Of a stretch of 64,000 nt of DNA, positions 19,808 through 28,807 are shown one piece after another. Numbering within the stretch: position 1 is the first letter of the stretch; every line of letters starts with the position of its first letter. The notes under the pieces are model-generated. The model had not been told where the DNA came from. It saw nothing but the letters and a program-made list of their open reading frames with translations, and made no database searches. Position numbers and translations under genes: made by a program. Source of the DNA: Synergistaceae bacterium UBA1358 (GTDB lineage Bacteria; Synergistota; Synergistia; Synergistales; Synergistaceae); assembly GCA_002306075.1 (NCBI GenBank), contig DBRW01000030.1:8109-72108 (forward strand). The letters are read 5' to 3'.

Positions 19808-21376
19808 TCATTGCTTTCTTGCATATACGGTATCAATAAGAGTTCCGTCACGGTACTCAACGACCGCGGCTATCTTGTCGCAGTCAAATTCAGGAGGCCG
19901 GGGAACGCCTGTCAGTTTCTCGACTTCCTCCTTCAGGGCTTCTATATCAACTACGGGCAGCCCTGCCTTGAGGGCAGAGCCGAGAAGGTCTTCCCTTCGG
20001 GGATTGATGCAGATGCCCCTCTCCGTCACTATGGCGTCGACCGTCTCGCCCGGAGTGGTTATCGTTGTGACCCTTTCCTTTATCGATGGGACTCCGCCCC
20101 TGAAGGAAGGTGCGGCCACTATTGAAAGTTTCGCCCCGGCCGCGGTATCCTGATGCCCTCCCGAGGCTCCTCTGAGCGCTCCGTCGTGGCCGGTGAGCAC
20201 GTTGACGTTGAAATCACAGTCGACCTCAAGGGCCGCCAGAATGACGCAGTCAAGGTTATTGACTAGGCAGCCGGCATTGAAAGGGTTCGCGTACCACGAA
20301 GAGTCGATCTCGATATGGCGGGGATCTTCATGGATCGACTTCGTGACAGCCGAATCAAAGCTCTGCACGTCGAATACCGCGTCAAAAAGGCCCTCCTCTA
20401 GCATCCCGGCAAGATATCCGCCAACTCCGCCGAGCCCGAAGCTACCCCTGATGCCCTTCTCCCTCATGTACTCCGCAAGATATTTTGCGACGGCGAGGCT
20501 TGCCCCTCCCACACCCATCTGAAAGGAGAAGCCCCGTTCCACTATCCCTGAAGCTTTCATCAGCAGGAAGGAATCCCTGGCGATCTTCAGGTCCACAGGA
20601 TTCCTTGTTATCCTCGCGGCTCCGGTTGCGATCTTCTTCGGATCTCCCAGGCTTTCAACGCACACTATGCTGTCTACAAGATACTGCGGTATCGAGATCC
20701 TGGGATTAAGCGGGTAATCGACAAGATTGTCGGTAATCGCTATGACATGCCTTGCATAGCGTGCATCAGTCATCGCATAGCCCATTGAACCGCATGCCGA
20801 AGGACCTGTGCTGCCTGTGATATTGCCAAGCGGATCGCAGGCAGGGGCAGCAAGGAATGCGACATCGATCGATATCGATCCTTCTTCGATGCCCCTCGCC
20901 CTGCCTCCGTGGCTTCTTATCACGACCGGTATCTCCAGTTCGCCTCTGGAAAGCAGTTTCCCAAGCTCACCCCTGACTCCGGACGTGTAGAGGCGGTTTA
21001 TCAGGCCGCTCCTGATATAGTCTGCGATGCAGTCATGGACGTCCGGGATCGAACTTGGGGCAAGGGTCAGCCCCTTGAAGCCCATTTTCTCCAGGACATC
21101 AAGGACCATCGGCATCACCGCATCGCCGTTCCTGAGATGGTGATGGAATGAGATCGTCATCCCGTTTTGAAGTCCCGACAGTTCTACAGCCTTTTCAATA
21201 TTCTCAACGATCTTGCTCCTTGACGGCATCGGACGGCGCAGCTGGATCCGAGTCCCGCCGAATGCGCCGGGCCGGCCAAGCATGGCATAGGGAGATGCAT
21301 ACGGGGAGAAAGATCCTGCTCCCGAAAGCTCGAGGGGGACCTTTCTTCCAAGTGAATTCAGAACCATCTCCATCAC
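19808..21376 (-). CDS. citF: Citrate lyase alpha subunit (citrate:acetyl-ACP transferase)
   Basis: GMTISFHHHLRNGD, RSHGGR, CGSMGYA, GASGGHQDTAAGA, TPGETVD, VEYRDGT.ID. Confidence 0.93.
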   Translation of the reverse strand: MMEMVLNSLGRKVPLELSGAGSFSPYASPYAMLGRPGAFGGTRIQLRRPMPSRSKIVENIEKAVELSGLQNGMTISFHHHLRNGDAVMPMVLDVLEKMGFKGLTLAPSSIPDVHDCIADYIRSGLINRLYTSGVRGELGKLLSRGELEIPVVIRSHGGRARGIEEGSISIDVAFLAAPACDPLGNITGSTGPSACGSMGYAMTDARYARHVIAITDNLVDYPLNPRISIPQYLVDSIVCVESLGDPKKIATGAARITRNPVDLKIARDSFLLMKASGIVERGFSFQMGVGGASLAVAKYLAEYMREKGIRGSFGLGGVGGYLAGMLEEGLFDAVFDVQSFDSAVTKSIHEDPRHIEIDSSWYANPFNAGCLVNNLDCVILAALEVDCDFNVNVLTGHDGALRGASGGHQDTAAGAKLSIVAAPSFRGGVPSIKERVTTITTPGETVDAIVTERGICINPRREDLLGSALKAGLPVVDIEALKEEVEKLTGVPRPPEFDCDKIAAVVEYRDGTLIDTVYARKQ

Positions 21377-22257
21377 GATCCGCTCCTTTCAAGACCATAG
21401 AGATCCGCAAGTTCGAGCAAGTGACGAGCCCTTGCCACTACAGGCGCATCTACCATTTTGCCGTCTACCGAGATGACGCCCTTGCCCTCGTTTTTCGCTT
21501 TTTCGGCAGCCTCTACGATGCGCACAGCCTTTTTCAGCTCTTTTTCATCGGGCATGAATGCCTGGTGTATAGTCTCTATCTGATCGGGATGGATCGCCGC
21601 CTTTCCGGTGAAACCAAGCCCTACTATCGACCTGCACTCCCTGAGCAGTCCCTCTTTGTCGTTTATGTCCGCCCATACCGTGTCATACACAGCCACGCCT
21701 GCAGCACGGGCTGCAACTACGACTCTGCTCCTGGCATAGAAAAGTTCCCAGCCTTCTTTAGTTTTTTTTACGCCCATATCCGCAGTCAGGTCCTGTCCTC
21801 CGAGAGTTATGGCCTCGACACGCGGGCAGGCCGATGCAATGTGGTATGCGTTTTCCACTCCGACGGCAGTTTCGATCATCGCATGTATCCGAACTTTGCC
21901 TACAGGGATGGAATTGGCTCTTTCTATCTCTTCGATCTTTTTATCCGCTGAAAGGACATCCGCCGGACCGTTGCATTTTGGGATCCTGACAGCCGCCGGC
22001 AGACACGGGATTATCTCACTCAGGTCATCGTCGAAAAATTCCGTATCGGCACCGTTTACCCTTACGGTTACGATGAGATCTTTAAAATCATAATCCTGTA
22101 AAAAGCAGGCGACCATTTTCCTTGCCGCATCCTTCTCGGCAATGGCCACCGCATCTTCAAGGTCAAGCAGTATGCTGTCAGCCCCGAAGACAGGCGCATG
22201 CTGGATCATGCCCGGAGAATCACCCGGTATGTAGAGCATCGAACGGCAGGGCTTCAT
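21373..22257 (-). CDS. citE: Citrate lyase beta subunit (citryl-ACP lyase)
   Basis: RSMLYIPG, DLEDAV...EKD.AR, GF.GK..IHP.Q, GKMVDAPV. Confidence 0.92.
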   Translation of the reverse strand: MKPCRSMLYIPGDSPGMIQHAPVFGADSILLDLEDAVAIAEKDAARKMVACFLQDYDFKDLIVTVRVNGADTEFFDDDLSEIIPCLPAAVRIPKCNGPADVLSADKKIEEIERANSIPVGKVRIHAMIETAVGVENAYHIASACPRVEAITLGGQDLTADMGVKKTKEGWELFYARSRVVVAARAAGVAVYDTVWADINDKEGLLRECRSIVGLGFTGKAAIHPDQIETIHQAFMPDEKELKKAVRIVEAAEKAKNEGKGVISVDGKMVDAPVVARARHLLELADLYGLERSGS

Positions 22258-22541
22258 TGTCCGGCCGCCCCCTTGCATGCACGGCTGACGGCGGTTTCCA
22301 GCCGGGCTTTTATAGTTATCTCAAGAGCCCCCTGATCCTGGATAGATATCTCCGCTCCGCCGAGTCCGTATTTTTTTAGGACGTTCTCAACGATTGCCTT
22401 CGTTCTTTCAGCAAAAATTTCGCTGTTGGCACCCTTATATTCAAGTTTGAGTTTTTCAGCCGGTGAAACCGTCACCAGACAGTCCGACGATTCCAACGTC
22501 CCTGCGCTGGCCGTATTAAGCAAGATCAATCCGCTCATCAC
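22254..22541 (-). CDS. citD: Citrate lyase acyl carrier protein (gamma subunit); exact start uncertain
   Basis: AGTLESSD prosthetic-group Ser motif, DQGAL...IKARL. Confidence 0.9.
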   Translation of the reverse strand: MMSGLILLNTASAGTLESSDCLVTVSPAEKLKLEYKGANSEIFAERTKAIVENVLKKYGLGGAEISIQDQGALEITIKARLETAVSRACKGAAGQ

Positions 22542-22602
22542 CTTTCATTTCCGATCGTTGAAGGAGGGGGAAATTTCCCCCTCCCCCTTCGTATATATTA
22601 CT

Positions 22603-23808
22603 TTATTTCAGCCTCTCTGCGACGGCATGGAGAAATTCTTCGGTGGTCACGACTTTTTTGTCATCCAGGTCTGCTATGGATGAAATATCCTTGGTCATTA
22701 TCCCTGCTTCTATCGTCTCCTTCGAAGCCCTTTCAAGCCTGTCGGCAAAGACCTGAAGCTCTTCGATCCCGTCAAGTTCTCCGCGCTTCCGCAGTGCCCC
22801 TGACCAGGCGAAGATCGTTGCCATCGGGTTGGTCGAGGTGGCCTCGCCGTTGAGATACTTGTAATAGTGGCGGGTGACTGTACCGTGTGCCGCTTCGTAC
22901 TCAAATACTCCGTCCGGGGAGACAAGGACCGAGGTCATCATAGCCAGGCTCCCGAACGCCGTCGCCACCATATCGGACATTACGTCTCCGTCATAGTTCT
23001 TGCACGCCCATATGAATCCTCCTTCCGAACGTATCACACGGGCAACGGCATCATCGATCAGCGTATAGAAGTATTCGATCCCGCATTTCTCAAAATCATC
23101 CTTGAATTCGGTCTCAAATATCTCCTGGAAAATATCCTTGAACCGGTGGTCATACTTTTTGGATATCGTATCCTTGGTGGAGAACCACAGCGACTGTTTC
23201 GTGGCCAGCGCATATTTGAAACACGAGCGGGCAAAGCTCCCTACGGACCTGTCGAGGTTATGCATCCCCATGACCACGCCGCCGCCCGTAAAGCTGTGGA
23301 CGAGTTCCCTTTGGACCTTGCCGCTGTCGCCGTCCGCTGGCTCGAACGTCAGATATACTTTGCCGGGGCTGTCTATGACCATCTCAACATCCTTGTAAAT
23401 ATCTCCGTAAGCGTGACGCGCGATGGTGATCGGCTTTTTCCACGTCCTGACGGTGGGGCTGATGCAGTCCAGGAATATCGGGGCTCTGAAGACCGTACCG
23501 TCAAGTATGGCCCTTATAGTTCCGTTCGGACTCTTCCACATCTGCTTCAGTCCGTATTCTTCGACTCTCTGCTGATTGGGGGTTATCGTGGCGCATTTGA
23601 CCGCCACGCCGTATTTTTTTGTTGCCTCCGCGGCTTCCGTCGTTATCCTGTCGTCAGTCTCATCTCGTTTCTTGAGTCCCAGATCATAGTATACGGTCTT
23701 CAGGTCGATATGGGGTCCAAGCAGTATCTCCTTGATCTTTGCCCAGATCACCCGGGTCATTTCATCCCCGTCCATTTCCACCAGGGGTGTCTTCATCGTT
23801 ATCTTCAT
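22603..23808 (-). CDS. icd: NADP-dependent isocitrate dehydrogenase
   Basis: [50 protein letters not shown]. Confidence 0.95.
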   Translation of the reverse strand: MKITMKTPLVEMDGDEMTRVIWAKIKEILLGPHIDLKTVYYDLGLKKRDETDDRITTEAAEATKKYGVAVKCATITPNQQRVEEYGLKQMWKSPNGTIRAILDGTVFRAPIFLDCISPTVRTWKKPITIARHAYGDIYKDVEMVIDSPGKVYLTFEPADGDSGKVQRELVHSFTGGGVVMGMHNLDRSVGSFARSCFKYALATKQSLWFSTKDTISKKYDHRFKDIFQEIFETEFKDDFEKCGIEYFYTLIDDAVARVIRSEGGFIWACKNYDGDVMSDMVATAFGSLAMMTSVLVSPDGVFEYEAAHGTVTRHYYKYLNGEATSTNPMATIFAWSGALRKRGELDGIEELQVFADRLERASKETIEAGIMTKDISSIADLDDKKVVTTEEFLHAVAERLK

Positions 23809-23829
23809 ATCGTTCCCGCCCTTCAGATC

Positions 23830-26205
23830 CTATATGTACTTGATGACAGCTTTTTTGCGGTTTATTTCGCTTTGGATCTCATTCTGCCGCGAGTAGTGGT
23901 TCATAAGGCAACCGGCCAGTATGATCTCCCTGTCCTCTTTGGTGAGGTCGGGCATTTTAAGGGTTATCCCCGTCCTCACGGCGCCGCGGATGATCACTGC
24001 GTCGACCTTAGTCAGACCGTCCCTGATCGCTTTTCGGATACCGGGAATGAAGATCCAGTCACCCACGGAAAGTTTCTCTTTTTCTCCCGGAGCGATTATG
24101 AAAGGTATCATGCCCCAGTTGACAAGGTTGCTCCTGTACCGTTTCGTGGCGTACTCTTCAGCTATATTCGCCTCTCCTCCCAGCACCTTCTGGGAGGATG
24201 CCGCCTGCTCTCGGGCTGACCCGTCGCCGGGCTTTACAGCAAAGATAGTGCTCCCTATGCCGACATGTTTCACGGCATTCTCGATCCCTGTAAGTGCGAG
24301 GACTGACTTAAGTTCAAAGGGTACCTCTCCGCTTCCTCCTTCAGCCGTCTTCCTGCGCATGTTCTCGAGAGCCTGAGCTGCCTTCGCCCTTCCCACATAT
24401 CCGGGATCCTTCCGTGAGAGAGCATATTCAGCCAGCTTAAGAGGATTGGAGCGAAGCGAAGAAGTTTCGCCGGAGGGTATCAGTTCATCCGTCGTCGTGA
24501 CCGGATCTGTGATGACCGATGCCAGAGAGAGCATCAGGTTTTCTGCAAGCGGGTACATTCTGGGCCACGGGCAGATATTGGGACCATATACGAGCTTTGT
24601 CTCGGGATGCGGCTTGCCGTAGCCTCTATAGACCTTTTTGTCGTATATCTCCCTCCGGAACCTATATTCGACCTCGTGCAGCAATTCACCGTACGCTTCC
24701 GCAGAGGTAAGCATACCGCCGTTTGCCGCCGTTGCCGCGATAGATCTGGCATCCATCAGGGCCACTGAGGCAAGCTGCCCTGCGTTCGGCTTCGACCCCT
24801 CCCTGTTCGGGAAATTCCGTGTCGTGTGTCTGATGCTCAGGCTGTTGTTGGCCGGCGTGTCGCATGCCCCGAAACAGGGTCCGCAGAAGGCGGTCCTGAC
24901 CGTTGCCCCTGCGGACATCAGATCCTGCAGGGTGCCGTTTTCCATAAGATCCATCATTATGGGCTGACTGCCGGGGTAGACACTCAGGTTGAACTCACCT
25001 ATCCCGGAATTGTTGGACCTTAATATCTGGACCGCAGCGACTATGTTGTCCGGAGTGCCGCCGGCGCATCCCGCTATCACACCGTGATCGACATGGAGGC
25101 TCCCGTTGCGGAGCTTTTTCCTAAGGGACAAAGAGAGGCTTGGATTCTCTATCTGCTGCGAGGCCTCTTTATCGACCATTTCAAGGATATCTCCTGCGTT
25201 TTCGTTCAGCTCGTCGATCGTAAAAACGTTGCTTGGGTGGAAGGGCAGGGCGATCATTGGCCTGACCTTGTCAAGATCGATGATCACCGCACCGTCATAC
25301 CATGCTGCATCGTCAGGTTCGAGCAGGCTGAAATCATCCGGCCGTCCGTGTATCTCGTAATACTTTTTAACAGGATCGTCGGTCCTCCATATCGAGGAGA
25401 GACAGGCCGTCTCTGTCGTCATAACATCTATTCCGTTGCGGAATTCCACAGGCAGACTGCTGACTCCCGGCCCTACGAACTCCAGGATCTTGTTCTTGAC
25501 GAAACCATCCTTGAAGACCTTCCCGATAAGGGCAAGTGCGACATCCTGCGGGCCGACACCGGGATGGGGCGTCCCCTTCAGGTATACTGCGATGACCTCG
25601 GCCCGCGGGAAGTCATAAGTATGGTTCAGCAGCTGCTTCACGAGCTCAGGACCGCCTTCGCCGATACCCATCGTTCCGAGTGCCCCATAACGGGTATGGC
25701 TGTCAGATCCGAGGATCATTTTCCCGCACCCTGTCATCATTTCACGAACATAGGAATGTATAACGGCCATGTGCGGAGGCACGAACTCGCCTCCGAATTT
25801 TTTTGCCGCCGATAGTCCGTATACATGGTCGTCCTCGTTTATCGTCCCGCCGACCGCACACAGGCTGTTGTGGCAGTTCGTGAGAACATAGGGTATCGGG
25901 AATTTTTTCATCCCGCTCGCTATGGCTGTCTCGATTATCCCAACATAGGTGATGTCATGTGACGCAAGTGCGTCGAAATGTATTTTTAGTTTTTCGCCGC
26001 TTTTGTCTTCGTTGTGAGCCTGAAGTATCCGCCAGGCGATCGTTCCCTTTGACGCCGTCATTTTGTCCGGCAGGACACTTTCCATAGGATCAAGGCCGGC
26101 GTTTGTCAAGCGGTCGTTTATCTCCCTCATATCCATATTCTCCGCCTCTTCGACCAAGAGCTCTTTGCGGAGCAAATATACCCCTTTTCTGACCAACTTC
26201 AGCAC
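23830..26205 (-). CDS. Aconitase-family hydratase (YbhJ-like), probable aconitase
   Basis: HDITY, NCHNSLC, DSHTR, GCAGG, FCGPCFG, RNFPNREG, GSAREQAAS; adjacent to icd. Confidence 0.88.
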   Translation of the reverse strand: MLKLVRKGVYLLRKELLVEEAENMDMREINDRLTNAGLDPMESVLPDKMTASKGTIAWRILQAHNEDKSGEKLKIHFDALASHDITYVGIIETAIASGMKKFPIPYVLTNCHNSLCAVGGTINEDDHVYGLSAAKKFGGEFVPPHMAVIHSYVREMMTGCGKMILGSDSHTRYGALGTMGIGEGGPELVKQLLNHTYDFPRAEVIAVYLKGTPHPGVGPQDVALALIGKVFKDGFVKNKILEFVGPGVSSLPVEFRNGIDVMTTETACLSSIWRTDDPVKKYYEIHGRPDDFSLLEPDDAAWYDGAVIIDLDKVRPMIALPFHPSNVFTIDELNENAGDILEMVDKEASQQIENPSLSLSLRKKLRNGSLHVDHGVIAGCAGGTPDNIVAAVQILRSNNSGIGEFNLSVYPGSQPIMMDLMENGTLQDLMSAGATVRTAFCGPCFGACDTPANNSLSIRHTTRNFPNREGSKPNAGQLASVALMDARSIAATAANGGMLTSAEAYGELLHEVEYRFRREIYDKKVYRGYGKPHPETKLVYGPNICPWPRMYPLAENLMLSLASVITDPVTTTDELIPSGETSSLRSNPLKLAEYALSRKDPGYVGRAKAAQALENMRRKTAEGGSGEVPFELKSVLALTGIENAVKHVGIGSTIFAVKPGDGSAREQAASSQKVLGGEANIAEEYATKRYRSNLVNWGMIPFIIAPGEKEKLSVGDWIFIPGIRKAIRDGLTKVDAVIIRGAVRTGITLKMPDLTKEDREIILAGCLMNHYSRQNEIQSEINRKKAVIKYI

Positions 26206-26640
26206 TTCTATCCACTCCTTTTGGTTCCCCTATTTTTTCCTGCCTTTTACAAATTCCGGCTGTTCTTTGCTTTTAACGCAATACAATAGATCCCTGTTAA
26301 GAAATCTCCGTTTATGGCATTTGCACCACCCCCTATAATTACTTACTAATAACCTGATATGTTGTTAAATGTAAACTTCGTTTTTTCAGATGCCGTTTCA
26401 CTCGGTAAAAGATGATATTTTTCTTTTCCGTTATTCATATGGAACGAACAATGATCTGCTTAGGAAAATGTGTCAGAAATTTAGCTGTGTTGCCTGAAAG
26501 AAACAACGGTCTTTGGTTTAACCGAGGTAATGCTTCAAAGCCTGGATCGATAAACTTTGCCCTTGTGAACATGCCGCCCGTTTTGTCTGTATCCTTCAGC
26601 AGGCCGGGCTCTCTCATAAAACTGTTCTCCGTCTTTATCG

Positions 26641-26685
26641 ATATGTCTGTCAGACATATATATACACTTTACGCTTATACGTCAA
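26641..26685 (-). promoter_or_regulatory. Candidate promoter with perfect palindromic operator upstream of the acn-icd-cit cluster
   Basis: ATATGTCTG-T-CAGACATAT (26641-59) overlapping a TATATA -10 that lies 17 nt from TTGACG (26685-80). Confidence 0.55.
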
Positions 26686-26816
26686 TATAATTTTCACAAT
26701 TTGAGTCATATTTTGAATAGTACGATAATTTCAATCAATTTTAAGCCGTTACATTTCCATCAAAATATGCCGGGCAGAGTTCAGCGTTATATCGATCCGA
26801 TACACGCCTGCAGCCG

Positions 26817-26865
26817 AGACAAGAGGCAAGGGCCGGAGTCAGCCTCCGGCCCTTGCCTCTTGTCT
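26817..26865 (-). terminator. Perfect 22-bp hairpin just downstream of nrdJ
   Basis: agacaagaggcaagggccggag-tcagc-ctccggcccttgcctcttgtct; no clear U-tract. Confidence 0.65.
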
Positions 26866-26890
26866 GCGTATTATGTCGTCCCTGTCAGTC

Positions 26891-28597
26891 CTATCTTCTT
26901 TTGAGGAGGAGTTTCATCGGCTTGATATTCGGAACAGCAACAGGGACCTTCTCAAAAGATCCTTCGGTATTCATCTCGTCCGTCTTGGGCTGAACGTTCT
27001 TGTCTTCTTCTTTTTTGTAAAGGACCTGTGTCGATTTCGAACCGTCGCGGTAAATGGTGATGCCCTTGCAACCCAGCTTCCAGGCAAGGACATAGGAATC
27101 AAGGACGTCCCTTACCGAGCTGTCATGCGGCAGGTTGACGGTCTTGGATACCGCAAGGTCCGTATACTTCTGAAAAGCTGCCTGGGTCTTAACGTGGAAA
27201 AGCGGTGCCACGTCATGCGACGTTACAAAAACAGACCCGATGACATCTTCTCCCAGCCCCTCCTTAAGGGCCTCCGCGTAATACCTGTTGACCTGCTTCA
27301 TGACGACCTTGGTCCCGTCGACCTGGGTGCGCACCCTGGTGTGCTCAAGCGCAAACAGGGGTTCGATGCCTGACGAACAGTCAGCAAGCAGGGCTATCGT
27401 CCCCGTCGGAGCGATGCAGGTAAGGGTGGCGTTGCGGCGGCCAAGATGCACCAATGCTTCAGGTATCCCCTTCTCCTTGCCAAGCTCTGCCGAAGTCCTG
27501 TGCGCGGTCTCCCTTATCGTCGACATGATCTTTTCTGCCAGCTCCAAAGCACGGTCACTGTCGTAGGGTATCCTCAGACGGAAGAGAAGGTCGGCCCATC
27601 CCATGACTCCAAGACCGATCTTGCGCGTCTTTTTGACTGCTTCCAATATTTCCGGAAGGGGATAGTGGTTCACGTCTATTACGCTGTCCAGGAATCTCGT
27701 CGCAACGGCCGCGGTCTTTTCCAGGAGCTCAAAGTCGAATCCATCCCTGTTTACCATCTTTGCAATGTTCAACGAACCGAGGTTGCAGGCCTCGTTGGGA
27801 TAGAGGGGAGATTCTCCGCACGGGTTGGTGCTGGTCAGTGGACCGAGTTCGGGTGTCGTGTTGCCCCTGTTGATGGCATCCAGGAATATTATCCCGGGAT
27901 CACCGGTCCTCCACGCGGTATCGGCTATTTCACGCAGAAGGTCGGCCTCAGGGCCCGCCGGATCGGCTTCTGCCTTCTCCATGAAGCTGTCAAACACCCC
28001 TACCGAGATGTTAAAGTTGGCTATCGTCCCGTCTTTGTCCTTACAGTGTATAAAGTCGCGAATGTCCGGATGATCCGCATTAAGGATCCCCATGTTGGCG
28101 CCCCTTCTCATACCGCCCTGCTGTACGGTCTCGGTCGCCTTGTCGAAAAGACCCATGAACGAGATGGGACCCGATGCCCTCCCGTTGGTGCTGTTTACCT
28201 TGGAGCCGCAGCCACGCAGGTTGGAAAAATTGAAGCCGGTGCCTCCGCCGCTTTTGTGGATCAGCATCTGCTTTCTTATCGCCTCACAGATGCTCTCCAT
28301 GGAATCTTCGATCCCGATCACAAAACAGGCAGCAAGCTGCCCGTGGGGAGCCGGGCGTCCCGAGTTCATTATTGTGGGGCTGTTCGGCAGGAACAGGAGT
28401 TTGGCCATCACATCATAGTATTCATCAGCCCACATGTACTTAAGCGGAGCCGTCTTCTCGGCAGACGCCACGTGGTTCGCGACGCGCATAAGCATCTGCT
28501 CGGGTGTTTCGCGGGGTTTTCCCGAGTCGTCCTTCCACAGGTAACGGTCGGCCAGGATCTCTTTCGCTTGTTTGTTGAATTCGGGTTTCTGCAGCAT
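26891..28597 (-). CDS. nrdJ: Adenosylcobalamin-dependent (class II) ribonucleotide reductase, short form
   Basis: FLPNSP, LAACFV, GGGTG.NFS, RRGANM, TNPCGE, CNLGS, IAPTGT, KGITIYRDGS. Confidence 0.92.
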   Translation of the reverse strand: MLQKPEFNKQAKEILADRYLWKDDSGKPRETPEQMLMRVANHVASAEKTAPLKYMWADEYYDVMAKLLFLPNSPTIMNSGRPAPHGQLAACFVIGIEDSMESICEAIRKQMLIHKSGGGTGFNFSNLRGCGSKVNSTNGRASGPISFMGLFDKATETVQQGGMRRGANMGILNADHPDIRDFIHCKDKDGTIANFNISVGVFDSFMEKAEADPAGPEADLLREIADTAWRTGDPGIIFLDAINRGNTTPELGPLTSTNPCGESPLYPNEACNLGSLNIAKMVNRDGFDFELLEKTAAVATRFLDSVIDVNHYPLPEILEAVKKTRKIGLGVMGWADLLFRLRIPYDSDRALELAEKIMSTIRETAHRTSAELGKEKGIPEALVHLGRRNATLTCIAPTGTIALLADCSSGIEPLFALEHTRVRTQVDGTKVVMKQVNRYYAEALKEGLGEDVIGSVFVTSHDVAPLFHVKTQAAFQKYTDLAVSKTVNLPHDSSVRDVLDSYVLAWKLGCKGITIYRDGSKSTQVLYKKEEDKNVQPKTDEMNTEGSFEKVPVAVPNIKPMKLLLKRR

Positions 28598-28702
28598 AAT
28601 AAAATAAAACCTCCCTTTGGTTTTAAGGGCAAATAATTGCGGTCAAATTATCTGACGACAATAATTATAATAACATGAAAATTTATATCTGTAAGAGGTA
28701 AA

Positions 28703-28749
28703 ACACTATATACAAGAGAATCTTATCCACCAAACACTACATATTGTGT
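28703..28749. promoter_or_regulatory. Tandem NrdR boxes upstream of nrdJ
   Basis: acactatatacaagag (28703-18) and acactacatattgtgt (28734-49), 31 bp apart; match acaCwAtATaTwGtgt. Confidence 0.8.
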
Positions 28750-28807
28750 GATTATCTATGTGGATATCCGGTGGATGGGGTAAAAAAGAGACTTGAAGAA
28801 GCTTCTG

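Noticed and set aside
22867-24219. 450-aa plus-strand ORF and other long antisense ORFs (e.g. 27446-28636, 54824-55945)
   Set aside because: They lie antisense to well-supported genes and show no recognisable motifs; most likely shadow ORFs from codon bias.
26785-26806. ModE-like box CGTTATAT...TACACG
   Set aside because: Wrong spacing, degenerate right half, and not upstream of a Mo gene.
28598-28807. Cobalamin riboswitch upstream of nrdJ
   Set aside because: No B12-box (GCCACTG, GGGAAG) seen; the region is explained by NrdR boxes.
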